From positions 96,001 to 160,000 of the forward strand of contig JBOEGF010000014.1 in NCBI GenBank assembly GCA_050633305.1: DNA of 64,000 bases, read 5' to 3'. How positions within the stretch are numbered: the first letter of the stretch is position 1; every line of letters starts with the position of its first letter. The notes below the pieces were generated by a model that was not told where the DNA came from, searched no databases, and saw only the letters and a program-made list of their open reading frames with translations. The position numbers and the translations under genes are program-made. This DNA comes from Nannocystales bacterium (GTDB lineage Bacteria > Myxococcota_A > Polyangia > Nannocystales > Nannocystaceae). This document shows, in pieces, positions 39,126 to 48,804 of this stretch.

Positions 39126-39776
39126 ATGGGGAAACCGACCCGCGCCAAGGCCTCGCTCGAGGTCCCCTGGGAAGACCGCCCCGCGGTCGTTCACCTGACG
39201 CACCAGATCCTGCGGTTGCAGGCTCTCACCGCGGCCCGAGTTGTGGAGGCAGTGATCGCGATCGGTGACGCGACCCAGGAGATTCACGACGAACTGCCAC
39301 ACGGACAGTGGGCGCGTTGGTGCGCGGAGGCGGTGCCGTTCGCTCGGCAGACGCTCTCCAACTACATGGCGCTCGCGCGTTGGGCAGAGGAACGCCCGAA
39401 GGAGGTCGAGAAGCTGGCCTACCTCGGGCCAAGTAAGCTCTACCTGCTTCTACCGCTCCCACCCGCCGTTCGGCGTCGGCTCGCGGGGCGCAAGCCAGTC
39501 CAGGTTCCGGATGGTCCGCTCAAGACGATCGATCGCATGACGGTGTCGGAGCTGGCGCGGGTGACCGCGCAGGAAGCCCGTGTGCTGCCCGAGCACCGCC
39601 CCATGCCGGTCGGTCGTGTCGTGGGACGGGTCCGACGGTCGATCGCGGGCCTCGACGTGAGTGCACAGGCTTTGTTGGAGCGGGCCGACGATGTCGAGCC
39701 CGACGAAGCCCGCGCTTTGCATGAGGCGCTGCTCAAGGTCGCGGAGTCGTTGCGCGAGACCTTCGAACTCGAGTGA
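39126..39776 (+). CDS. DUF3102-like domain protein
   Basis: IGDAT..LPHGQWARWCAEAVPFARQTLSNYMALA and LGPSKLYLLL. Confidence 0.6.
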   Translation: MGKPTRAKASLEVPWEDRPAVVHLTHQILRLQALTAARVVEAVIAIGDATQEIHDELPHGQWARWCAEAVPFARQTLSNYMALARWAEERPKEVEKLAYLGPSKLYLLLPLPPAVRRRLAGRKPVQVPDGPLKTIDRMTVSELARVTAQEARVLPEHRPMPVGRVVGRVRRSIAGLDVSAQALLERADDVEPDEARALHEALLKVAESLRETFELE

Positions 39777-39782
39777 CTCGTG

Positions 39783-40169
39783 CTAGGCGGGGGGCGTCAG
39801 TTGCTCGGTCGTCCATGCGCGGGCGTCGTCGAACGAAGCGACCACGACCTGCGGACACGGAAGACTCTGCAGGTGCAGGATCGCCCGGAGTGCCCCTCGG
39901 ATCATCGGCGAGTGAATCACGAACGCAATACCGGCGCAGTGGGCTCGGATGCCTTCGTTGCGAAGCTTCTGCGCCTTGGCTTGCAGCCGCATGAACCGCG
40001 GGGTGGGCGTCCCGGACTTGGCGAGGTCGACCACAACCGCGTACCGGACTCCGCGCTCAGGGAGTCGCGTCGAAAGCTCGCTGAACTCGACCTCCTCTTC
40101 CGGCGTGATCGAGCCCTCGATGCGGAGCACGGCCAGCGGCCACTGGGCGTCGTCGAAGAAGTACGGCAT
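39783..40169 (-). CDS. SpoIIAA-like / STAS-SEC14 domain protein
   Basis: WPLAVLRIEG, VVVDL, GIAFVIHSPMIRGALRAI and ASFDDARAW. Confidence 0.7.
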   Translation of the reverse strand: MPYFFDDAQWPLAVLRIEGSITPEEEVEFSELSTRLPERGVRYAVVVDLAKSGTPTPRFMRLQAKAQKLRNEGIRAHCAGIAFVIHSPMIRGALRAILHLQSLPCPQVVVASFDDARAWTTEQLTPPA

Positions 40170-40263
40170 CGCGATGCTCCGCGGAGAGTATCGCGACTGC
40201 CGTCCGAGTCCGAGTGCGATGCGACGGTACGCCGCGCGGTCCGATGACCGTTTGGCTCCTGGT

Positions 40264-41553
40264 TTAGACGAGTCCGATCGCAGCCATGCCCACGTAGGTC
40301 GCCATGCCCGCTGCATAGCTGACGAACGCGACCAAAGAGATGCGACGCGCGTACCACATAAAATCGACCTTCTCCATACCCATAAAGGCCACGCCCGCGG
40401 CGCTGCCGATGATCAGGATGGAGCCACCGGTACCCGCACAGAACGCGATGAGGTCCCAAAACTGGTGGTCGGCCGGGTATTGCTCGAGCGAGTACATGCC
40501 CATCGTCGCGGCCACGAGCGGCACGTTGTCGACGATGGCGGAGAGCACCCCGAGCATCCCGGCAAGGATGGTTGGGTTGCCCGCGACGCTGTCGAGCGAA
40601 TGGGCGAGCGCATCGAGTAGCCCTGCGGACTGAAGGGCACCGATGCCCAGCAGGATTCCCAGGAAAAACAGCACGCCGGAGACGTCGATCTTGGTGAACG
40701 CGGCCGGGACCTTCACGTGTTGTCGGTCCTCGTGCTCGTGGTGCAGGACGTCGGTCACCAGCCACATGATTCCAAGCCCGAGCAAGATCCCGACGAACGG
40801 GGGGATGTGGGCCACGGACTTGAGGATCGGCACCATGATGAAGGCGCCGAGGCCGAGGCTCAGCACTCGCCTCGCACCCAGCTCGACCTGTTGCTCCCCC
40901 TCTTCGACTTCGCCGCCGTAGTGGCCGGCTTTCTCGGAGTACCCGAGCATCAAGACCGCGACCGCCATCGTCACCAGGCTGGGCAGGATGAGCGCGCCCA
41001 TCACTCCGAAGGTCGTAACCTGACCCCCGATCCACAACATGGTCGTGGTGACGTCGCCCATCGGCGTCCACGCACCACCTGCGTTGGCGGCGATGACCAC
41101 CATCGAACCGAGCAGAAGTCGGTTGTCTCGGTTGGGCAGGATCCGGCGAAGCAACGACACCATCACGATCGTCGTGGTGAGGTTGTCGAGCACCGCGGAC
41201 ATGAAGAACGCGAGGATGGCCAGCACCCACATGACCTTCCACTTGGAGCGGGTGCGGATCTGGTCGGTGACGAGTTTGAACGAGCCGTGGAGGTCGATGA
41301 CTTCGACCAGCGTCATGGCACCGATCAAGAAGAAGACGATCTGCGCGACTTCGCTGAGCAGCTCGCTGAGCTGATGCGTTGCGACCTCTTCCGATGGGGC
41401 GAGGCCGGTGAAGTAGAGAAGCCACAAACCGGCGGCAACGAGAAGCGCAACCGCGCCCTTGTTGATGCGCAGGTTGTGCTCGAAAATGATCGCCCCATAG
41501 CCGAGGACGAACACGAGGATCATCGCGGCGTGGGTCGAGTTGAAGGCGTCCAT
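40264..41553 (-). CDS. nhaD: Na+/H+ antiporter NhaD family
   Basis: FFLIGAMTLVEVID, SAVLDNLTTTIVM, AANAGGAWTPMGDVTTTMLW, SAIVDNVPLVAA and GGSILIIGSAAGVA. Confidence 0.92.
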   Translation of the reverse strand: MDAFNSTHAAMILVFVLGYGAIIFEHNLRINKGAVALLVAAGLWLLYFTGLAPSEEVATHQLSELLSEVAQIVFFLIGAMTLVEVIDLHGSFKLVTDQIRTRSKWKVMWVLAILAFFMSAVLDNLTTTIVMVSLLRRILPNRDNRLLLGSMVVIAANAGGAWTPMGDVTTTMLWIGGQVTTFGVMGALILPSLVTMAVAVLMLGYSEKAGHYGGEVEEGEQQVELGARRVLSLGLGAFIMVPILKSVAHIPPFVGILLGLGIMWLVTDVLHHEHEDRQHVKVPAAFTKIDVSGVLFFLGILLGIGALQSAGLLDALAHSLDSVAGNPTILAGMLGVLSAIVDNVPLVAATMGMYSLEQYPADHQFWDLIAFCAGTGGSILIIGSAAGVAFMGMEKVDFMWYARRISLVAFVSYAAGMATYVGMAAIGLV

Positions 41554-41822
41554 GGAAGGCGTCGTCGAGGCTCTCCCGTCCTCGATTTCGGCAGCCCTCT
41601 AGCCCGGCCTTACAGCCCGAACAAGGGGAAATCTTCCCCACTGTAGGTGCGTGTGCTCCAATTCCGCGCCGATGGACACTCCGGGCCTGAATTCAGCGAC
41701 TTAGCAGCTTGCGCATTTTCTGCGCCGCTCTCCGCGCGGGGCGAATCCGAGCCGCGAAGGAGCGGGGTCCCGGTGAGCGCTGGGGCCCCCCATGTGTCCG
41801 ATCCCACGAACTTCGGCCAGAG

Positions 41823-42353
41823 TCAGAGCCGGACGGTTTCGATCGACAGCGAGTCCTCGTCCGGGCTGTCACACAGGCCGGCCCACTCGGCCAGAAGATC
41901 GATGTGGATGTCGGTCACGGTCACGGTCTGACCTTCGGGGAGTGACTCCACCGAGACCTGCACAACCTGCTCTTGGCAGCGCTCACCGGACGCCTCCCAA
42001 TCGCGTTGGGTGTTGAGCGACACGTCCGACTCGGTCGCCGTCGTCGTCGCGTTGGTGACCTCGACGTATGACGAGCTGGTTCCACTCTCCTCCCCCGGGT
42101 CGAGCGTCTCGAGCGTGACCGCAACTTCCCCCTCGTTGGTGGACGTGGTCGCGTGAAAGCTGCTGTACATGTTCAGACCGTTGGGTGAGCCCTCGCTGAT
42201 GCACAGGGTCACCTCGAACGCGGCGACGGGATCGTCGGACGTAAGGACGACGTCCTCATCGATGTCGGCCGAGGTCTCGACTGTCCCCGGTTGGCAGGCC
42301 ATTGCGAGCCCAAAGAGCGCACAGAGGGTGTGGAGAGGCTTTCGTTGTGTCAT
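41823..42353 (-). CDS. Hypothetical lipoprotein
   Basis: Lipobox-like AMAC followed by an acidic beta-rich domain. Confidence 0.65.
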   Translation of the reverse strand: MTQRKPLHTLCALFGLAMACQPGTVETSADIDEDVVLTSDDPVAAFEVTLCISEGSPNGLNMYSSFHATTSTNEGEVAVTLETLDPGEESGTSSSYVEVTNATTTATESDVSLNTQRDWEASGERCQEQVVQVSVESLPEGQTVTVTDIHIDLLAEWAGLCDSPDEDSLSIETVRL

Positions 42354-42402
42354 GACAGCGCGCTCTTGCCCGAGGGACTCCGATCACTTGGGCGGCTCCA
42401 TC

Positions 42403-43461
42403 CTACCCCGGAGGGATGAATTCCTGGCAGGCAGTATCGATCTCGGAGATGGCTTGGGTGAAGAATTCGGCGTAGTTGCCCGCGCAGATCTCCCCTTCGG
42501 CGTGGTTTGTGAATCGTGTGCCGAAGTCGAGGATCCGACTGCCATGGTCGGCACAGCTCGAGCCGGGGAGCCCGACGAGGCTCAGCATCACGATGTTCGT
42601 CTCGATGTTGAACTTGTTGGTGACCAGCCGAGTGAACCACTCGTTGGGGCCGGCCGGGGTCCCGCCGTCGCACCCGAAGATCGGGACGCAGTCTTCCTCG
42701 TCCTCCTCATCCGTGATCAGGACGACGACCAGAAGTGCGTCATCCCGGAGGAAACCGTCATTGCACGCGCCTGGAGCGTTGCGTTCGGCGTCGGTGGCCC
42801 GCAGGACGCCGTGGACTTGCTCTTCGTCTCCACTGCCATCCGTGCCGACCTGTGCGGCGCAAGCAAAGGTGGAGGCGAGGTCAGGCTCGGTGTCGTCGAA
42901 CCAGCGAAACCCGCTGGAGTAGGGTCCGCACGGGCCGTTGCTGGAGTCCGCTCCACCCGTTTGGGTGACGAGGTCTCCGACACCCTGACATCCCGCTTCG
43001 TTGGGGCCATAGCTGTCAGAAGTCACGACGCCGATGTGGTAGCTCTCGGCGAACTGCAACGCCTCCTGGATGCCGGTCACGAATCCGGGGAAGGCAGCGA
43101 TCAGGTTGGCCTGCTCGCCGCCCATCGAGCCGGAGTTGTCGATCGCAAACAGGATGTCGACCTTGGTGCACTCGTCAGGCTCGCCCTGACTGATGTCGGG
43201 TGCCATGCCGAGGTCGAACTTCGGCTCGTCTCCTGTGGCGTCAACATCCGTGTCGGGGCGGTCGCCCGTGTCAGTCGAGATGTTGGCCGTGCTGCCGGAG
43301 TCTGGTCCATCGGTCGCGGACGCCGATGCGGACGCGGAACTCCCGAGTGTGACTCCTGTCGGCGTGGCTGCGCTCGTGCCTCGGCCCCCGTCCTCGTCCG
43401 AACACGCGAGACTCGTTGCAGCGATCCACAGGCCTATCTCGGTGATTCTCAAACGACGCAT
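42403..43461 (-). CDS. vWA-domain lipoprotein
   Basis: Lipobox SLAC and S/T linker. MIDAS DILFAIDNSGSM, IGVVTSD and FLRDDALLVVVLITDEED. Confidence 0.82.
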   Translation of the reverse strand: MRRLRITEIGLWIAATSLACSDEDGGRGTSAATPTGVTLGSSASASASATDGPDSGSTANISTDTGDRPDTDVDATGDEPKFDLGMAPDISQGEPDECTKVDILFAIDNSGSMGGEQANLIAAFPGFVTGIQEALQFAESYHIGVVTSDSYGPNEAGCQGVGDLVTQTGGADSSNGPCGPYSSGFRWFDDTEPDLASTFACAAQVGTDGSGDEEQVHGVLRATDAERNAPGACNDGFLRDDALLVVVLITDEEDEEDCVPIFGCDGGTPAGPNEWFTRLVTNKFNIETNIVMLSLVGLPGSSCADHGSRILDFGTRFTNHAEGEICAGNYAEFFTQAISEIDTACQEFIPPG

Positions 43462-43685
43462 CTCGACACCCTCTCCGACGCAGCCAGTGTCGACGATCGC
43501 TGCGAGAGTCCGCAACTCGCGGCCCAGGTTGCCAGGAACAACCGCCTGAGTAGCGTTTCGAGGGCGATCCTGGGTGGTCTGGAGTTGGCTTGCTCAGGCC
43601 TTGGGCCAGCCGCCAGCTTTGAATCTCCGCCGTGTGTCGATGCGGCGGGCCCGTCGAGATCCGGTGTGTGCCCACATCCGTTGCG

Positions 43686-44591
43686 TCATCGCGTCGCAGC
43701 TGTGGCGGCGGGTTTGCTGCCGACGTCGAGGACCTCTACAAGAGCATCCGCCACGGCACGAACCCGTGGGACGAGCAGCGCACTCTTCGCAGAGACGAGG
43801 TGCATCTGGGCGTGCTTGTGCGCTCCGAGGTCGAGGGAGATCGGTCGTAGCCAGGAGAGTTGGGAGTTGGGGTGTCGGACGGCGGCCAGAATCATCGCAC
43901 CGGCGCCTTCGAGGCAGGCTCGAAGCTGGACGTTGAAATCGTCGCTCGCAAAAGACGGTTCGAAGTTGGGGATCAACGCTCGAAGCTGAGGGTTGGGTGG
44001 AATTTCGTCGAGATGACGGGGCCAGCCTATCCAGTCGATGTCCGCGAGCGTGCACTTGTCGGGAAGCCGCTCGACGTAGGCAGGGGAGGCGAACGCCCCA
44101 TTTTCGAACTCGAAGGTGCGTAGCGTGACGAGGTCCCGGGCATTGTTGGCCCGTCTGCGCAGGGCAAGATCGGCCTCGCGTCGTGCCAAATCCACGTAGC
44201 GGACGGCAGACAGAACTTCGAGTCGAATGCCCGGAAGCTGCTTGCGCAAGTTCGCTGCGAAAGGCGCGAGCAAGTCGAAAGCCAGCCCCGGCGGAGCAGA
44301 GACCCGGACGACCCCTTCGATCCGCGGTTCGGCGCGCTCGACTTGGCGATGAAGCTCGCTGGCCCAAAGGGACATGTTCCGGGCCGGTTCGAGCAGGGCT
44401 TGGCCTCGCGCCGTCAGCGTGGCGCCAGCGACACTACGCTCGAAGACCGCGAATCCGAGGCGATGCTCCAGGTCCCCGATGCGCCGACTCATTGTGGGCT
44501 GGCCGATCCGCAGTGCCTTGGCCCCCTTGGACATGCTCCCGTGTTCGGCCACCGCGAGGAACAGCCGTACGTCCTCCCAAGGGATATCCAT
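43686..44591 (-). CDS. LysR family transcriptional regulator
   Basis: WEDVRLFLAVAEHGSMSKGAKALRIGQPTMSRRI..LE and DLARREADLALR. Confidence 0.92.
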   Translation of the reverse strand: MDIPWEDVRLFLAVAEHGSMSKGAKALRIGQPTMSRRIGDLEHRLGFAVFERSVAGATLTARGQALLEPARNMSLWASELHRQVERAEPRIEGVVRVSAPPGLAFDLLAPFAANLRKQLPGIRLEVLSAVRYVDLARREADLALRRRANNARDLVTLRTFEFENGAFASPAYVERLPDKCTLADIDWIGWPRHLDEIPPNPQLRALIPNFEPSFASDDFNVQLRACLEGAGAMILAAVRHPNSQLSWLRPISLDLGAHKHAQMHLVSAKSALLVPRVRAVADALVEVLDVGSKPAATAATR

Positions 44592-44656
44592 ATTCGGATG
44601 TTAGCATCGTCGATATCACACTTAGCATCCAGATCCAGAGGGGGCAGAGTTGGAGC

Positions 44657-45610
44657 ATGAAGACGCGTGCAGCGGTGCTCATTCTCGGTCTACTGGCCTC
44701 TGGCTGCCGATCCTCAAATCATCCGGTCGTGCCTGCGAGCCTGGCCTCGAACCCGAATACAACGGCGACGATCACGCAGACCATGGACGAGCCGGGTCGG
44801 TGGACCGTGGAGACGATCAACGCCGCGGACTGGGCTGTGCCCTTGGGGGGCCTCGTAAATCTCAAGCACTCCGAGGCGAAAGCGGCGGGACTCGAGCCCC
44901 ACGACGAACCGATTCAGGTCTACTTCCACGCGCTGAGGCATCCCGAACATGGCCTGTTCATCGTGGACACGGGTGTGGAGGAGGCACAGGTCGAGGCGCC
45001 GGACGAGGCGGCCTTTCGGGGGGTGGTGGCGAAGGCACTGCCGGCGGACACGCTCGAGGTTCATGTTACGACCGCCGACTGGCTCGCCGACCAGCCCGAG
45101 CCGCTGGCGGGTGTCTTTCTCACGCATCTGCACCTCGATCACGTGATGGGGCTCCCTGACGTCCCTGTTGGAACCCCGATCTATCTCGGCCCGGGGGAGA
45201 CATCCGAGCGGAACCTGAGCAACGTGTTCATGAGAAAGGTGTTCCGGAGTGCCCTTGAAGGACATGATGCCGTCCGAGAGTGGCAGTTCTCCGAGGACCT
45301 CGACGGCCGGTTCGCGGGGGTCGTCGATGTGTTCGGCGACGCCTCTGTGTGGGCGATTCACGCTCCGGGACACACTCCCGGGTCGACGGCGTTCCTGGTG
45401 AGGACCGCTGAGGGGCCGGTGCTTCTGACCGGTGACGTCTCCCACACCGCATGGGGGTGGGAACACGGTGTCGAACCAGGGACGTACTCCAGCGACAAGG
45501 TCGCGAGTGCGCAGAGCTTTCATGCTCTGCGCGGGTTCGCGATGGAACACCCGACGCTTGATGTCCGCCTGGGACACCAGCCCGCGAACTCGGCTTCTGC
45601 GGGCCATTGA
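44657..45610 (+). CDS. MBL-fold metallo-hydrolase lipoprotein (AHL-lactonase-like), paralog of 14231-15160
   Basis: Lipobox ASGC. Motifs HPEHG..VDTG, THLHLDH, GHTPGS and TGDVSHT.WGWEH. Divergent from lysR. Confidence 0.87.
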   Translation: MKTRAAVLILGLLASGCRSSNHPVVPASLASNPNTTATITQTMDEPGRWTVETINAADWAVPLGGLVNLKHSEAKAAGLEPHDEPIQVYFHALRHPEHGLFIVDTGVEEAQVEAPDEAAFRGVVAKALPADTLEVHVTTADWLADQPEPLAGVFLTHLHLDHVMGLPDVPVGTPIYLGPGETSERNLSNVFMRKVFRSALEGHDAVREWQFSEDLDGRFAGVVDVFGDASVWAIHAPGHTPGSTAFLVRTAEGPVLLTGDVSHTAWGWEHGVEPGTYSSDKVASAQSFHALRGFAMEHPTLDVRLGHQPANSASAGH

Positions 45611-45629
45611 AGACGTCCTCGCTCAGGCC

Positions 45630-45791
45630 TCACGTCCGGCACCGACGACCCGCGGATAGAGCCGACCTTCCAGACATCGTCCCGCGGACCTGCGACGCAT
45701 TGGGCTCGCAGCGCATGAACTGAGGCCCGCCGACACGCTCGAGGACCCACGGAAAGACCCTGTCGGCGTAGCAGCGACGCTGGCCCATCAT
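45630..45791 (-). pseudogene. Possible degraded 5' fragment of a class I SAM methyltransferase
   Basis: YADRVFPWVLERVGGPQF..QVRG followed by frameshifted DVWKVGS resembles the Y..xVLP.L...RG.VLEVG N-terminus. Weak. Confidence 0.3.
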
Positions 45792-47062
45792 CGTGCTGGG
45801 GGCAGCTCGACGCCGAGTACCCATTGCGCGTTGGCGCCCACGTCGTACGTGTCCCCGGGGGTGAGGTTGCCATCGGCTTCGATCGTGTAACCCGCGAGTA
45901 AGCCGCTGTCCTGGCCAGCCGCGTAGACGAAGTTGCCGAAGGGGTCGAGTCCGAACTCCCGGGGCCGAGGTTCGGTCGACACGTTCGTCTGGTACGTGAG
46001 GCTGCCGTCGCCGCCGACCGAAAACACCGCGAGGGAGTCGTCGCCCCTCATCGAAGCGTAGACGTAAGAACCGTCGAGTGAGACGTGGACGTCGGCGCCC
46101 GTGTTGTCGCCCTTGAAGTCGGCGGGTAGTGCCGAGACGGTGTCTGCCAGGGTGAGCGTTCCAGACGCAGCGTCATAGGCGTAGTGGGAGACGGAACTCG
46201 CAAACTCGTTGACGACGTATGCGTTGCTGGCATCCGGTGCGAACGCGATATGCCGAGGCCCTGCGCCCTCGGGTGCCGCCACGCTTGGAGAGTCGTTCGC
46301 AGTGAGCGTCCCGGTGGTGTCGTCGAAGGTGTACTGCTCGATCAGGTTGCTGTCTCGGTGCGGTACGAATACGTGGGTGCCGGCGGGGTCGAACTCGATC
46401 GCATGAGGACGAGCCTGAACCGTCATCGACTGAGACGGCATGTCTCCGACCGTGCCGTCCGCCCCGAGCGGCCGAATCTGGACGAGGTCAGCACCGAAGT
46501 CGGCGCTCAAGAGCCAGCTTCCGGTCGGGTCGACGCTCAGGTAGACGGGCGTGTGGCCCACGGGAGTCGCGCCCACCTCGGTGAGGGTACCGGTGACGGG
46601 GTCGACCGAGAAGGTGGCGACGGATTGCTCTGCGGTTCTTGCGGCGTAGAGAAACGCAGCGTCGTAGTGGGCCAGCGGACCGACGTTTGTGCCTTGGTCC
46701 GCGCTCTGAACCTGCGAGAGCGCACCGGCTGCGTCGACGCTCCACACACTGACAGCGTTGCCGCCTGCCACGTAGATCCGAGGGGCACCCTGTGGAAGGT
46801 CGCCCCCTGTCGAGCTGCTGCCCGCGGGATCGGAGCTGGTCGACGACTCCCCGAGCGTGGGATCGGTTGCGGAGGATGTCGTCGGTGGCCCGCTCGGGTC
46901 GGTCGGGCTGTCACCACCGGTGCTCGCCCCGGGGGATGAATCCGAGGTTGGCGTCGAGCTTGCTCCACTTGCCGAGACTGAACTGTCGGTATCGGCGGGT
47001 ACGCCATCGTCACTGCAACCCAAGAGTAGGGCCATCGCCCAAAGACAATTGCGCTTCAACAT
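45788..47062 (-). CDS. 7-bladed beta-propeller lactonase (6-phosphogluconolactonase/YbhE family) lipoprotein
   Basis: Lipobox LLGC and S/T linker. Motifs RPHAIEFDP, GAGPRHIAF, YVVNE, YASMRG and PREF. Confidence 0.85.
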   Translation of the reverse strand: MLKRNCLWAMALLLGCSDDGVPADTDSSVSASGASSTPTSDSSPGASTGGDSPTDPSGPPTTSSATDPTLGESSTSSDPAGSSSTGGDLPQGAPRIYVAGGNAVSVWSVDAAGALSQVQSADQGTNVGPLAHYDAAFLYAARTAEQSVATFSVDPVTGTLTEVGATPVGHTPVYLSVDPTGSWLLSADFGADLVQIRPLGADGTVGDMPSQSMTVQARPHAIEFDPAGTHVFVPHRDSNLIEQYTFDDTTGTLTANDSPSVAAPEGAGPRHIAFAPDASNAYVVNEFASSVSHYAYDAASGTLTLADTVSALPADFKGDNTGADVHVSLDGSYVYASMRGDDSLAVFSVGGDGSLTYQTNVSTEPRPREFGLDPFGNFVYAAGQDSGLLAGYTIEADGNLTPGDTYDVGANAQWVLGVELPPAR

Positions 47063-47187
47063 ATGCCGCTCACGGTAGTCAGACCCCGCAGGGGTGTCCA
47101 ACTCTGAGGTTGCCGGCCGCTGGTCCCATAGGGCGCGGACTCTGCACGGTTGCGCTCGTAGCACGGTGCTGCGCAGGATCCGTAGCG

Positions 47188-48360
47188 ATGGCAGTCTTGC
47201 AGGAGCATCGCATCGACTTCAACAGCTGGTGCAGGGATGAGCTGTTCACTCCCGAGGTCCGGCAGGCCACACGGTTGATCAACCGCTACTGCGACCTTCA
47301 GCTCGCAGCGATGTATCGCGACTTGGAGTTAGGTCCCATGTTGCGAGAGCCTCAGAAAGCGTCGGACCTGACGGCGCAGTTGGGGTTTGTGGACAACGCC
47401 TCGATCGCTCTTCGGGACGCTCTGCGCCGGATGGGAGAGCGGAGTGGAACGGTCCGCGTCGAGGGGGATCCGCTGGAGGAGACCTTCACGCATGTCGAAG
47501 GGCCGAGCGATCCCACGCAGGAACTCGCCGAGGTGCGCGGCGAGGTCGCGGCCCTAGGGCCCGACTACACGGCGGCCACTGACTTTCTAGACTTCGGCCG
47601 AGCGAGCCTCATCAAGTCGCTCAAGGACGACCCCGACTACATGGACAAGCTCCTGTCCGGGAGGATGAAGGACTTCGCGGAGCTCTGGCACCGGGCAACC
47701 AACGCCGACCCGCTGCAGGACCTGCACGGCGCCATGGGTGCTCGGGTGTTGGAGAGGATGCTCGACGGAGGGGCCGTGCTCGAGATCGGGGGTGGGACGG
47801 GGAACGGAGCCCGCCACCTGTTCGGGTTGCTGGAGGCGCACGGCAGCCTCGGCAAAGTCGGCAAGTACATCTTCACCGACATCTCGATGCGGTTCGTCCT
47901 GTCCTCCAAACACGAGTTTGAGAAGCAGTACCCGTCGGTCGACTGGGGGTGGAAGTTCTTTGATCTCAACAAACCGTTTGGCCCGCAGAAGGTCGAGCCG
48001 GCGTCGGTCGACATCATCTATGCCGTCAATGCGGCTCACGTCGCCAAGGACATCGTGGGGTTCCTCCAGGGCTGCCGCGAAGCGCTGCGGCCAGGGGGCC
48101 ACGTGGTGTTTGCCGAGCGAATCCGCATGAACCAGTACGAGATGGCCCCGCGCGAGTTCACTCTGAACTTGTCCGTGTACCACCGCAGCGCCCCGCAGAA
48201 AGCCGACTACCGACCGATGCACTGCTACCTTCACCCCGACAACTGGCGGGCCGTGATGGACAAGGCTGGGTTCTCCACGTGTGACGTGTTGCCGGACCTG
48301 GACGCACTCAAGACCGACTTCCCCGATCAGTACGCCGCCGTCATCGTCGCCCAAAAGTAG
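47188..48360 (+). CDS. Class I SAM-dependent methyltransferase (PKS C-MT-like, stand-alone)
   Basis: VLEIGGGTG, YIFTDIS, FDLNKP, DIIYAVNAAHV and LRPGGHVVFAE. Confidence 0.82.
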   Translation: MAVLQEHRIDFNSWCRDELFTPEVRQATRLINRYCDLQLAAMYRDLELGPMLREPQKASDLTAQLGFVDNASIALRDALRRMGERSGTVRVEGDPLEETFTHVEGPSDPTQELAEVRGEVAALGPDYTAATDFLDFGRASLIKSLKDDPDYMDKLLSGRMKDFAELWHRATNADPLQDLHGAMGARVLERMLDGGAVLEIGGGTGNGARHLFGLLEAHGSLGKVGKYIFTDISMRFVLSSKHEFEKQYPSVDWGWKFFDLNKPFGPQKVEPASVDIIYAVNAAHVAKDIVGFLQGCREALRPGGHVVFAERIRMNQYEMAPREFTLNLSVYHRSAPQKADYRPMHCYLHPDNWRAVMDKAGFSTCDVLPDLDALKTDFPDQYAAVIVAQK

Positions 48361-48367
48361 CGGGCGC

Positions 48368-48802
48368 TCAGGCGCGCTTGATCGGCAGCACCCGCGGGAG
48401 TTCGTCGCGAAGCAGCAACTCGCGGAGCGCCGCGACGTCGATGTTCCACGGGCCGAAGTCGAGCGTCTCGCAGAGACCGTCGAGGTGGCGTTGTGCGCCG
48501 CGGCGGTGACTTGCGACGCCGCGTTCGGAGCCATCGCGCCGTTTCACGTGGGCCGCCGTCGTTCGGATGAGCGCCCGAACGAGGGATTCGAAAGGGGAGC
48601 CATCTTCAGCGACGTGCCAAACATGCTCCCAAGCTTCGTGCGCTTCCCAGAAGTAATCCGCGTGAAAGAGGTCGACGCCGCCTGCGAACAGGTCTTGGGT
48701 GCTCCACAGCTGAGGTCCGGCCTCCTCGGGCCGCGTGCCGTACCCCGGCCGATACGGCGCGTGCTCGGGGAGTGGGCGCTGGGGGAGCAGCCGGCGGGGC
48801 AT
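48368..48802 (-). CDS. DUF309 domain protein
   Basis: GVDLFHADYFWEAHEAWEHVW. Confidence 0.85.
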   Translation of the reverse strand: MPRRLLPQRPLPEHAPYRPGYGTRPEEAGPQLWSTQDLFAGGVDLFHADYFWEAHEAWEHVWHVAEDGSPFESLVRALIRTTAAHVKRRDGSERGVASHRRGAQRHLDGLCETLDFGPWNIDVAALRELLLRDELPRVLPIKRA

Positions 48803-48804
48803 GG

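Noticed and set aside
42169..43989. Long antisense or alternative-frame ORFs (e.g. 42169-43989, 51190-53001, 39917-41641, 12624-14219, 4669-6192, 37374-38903)
   Set aside because: They are shadow ORFs typical of high-GC DNA. They overlap motif-supported genes and have no recognisable motifs.
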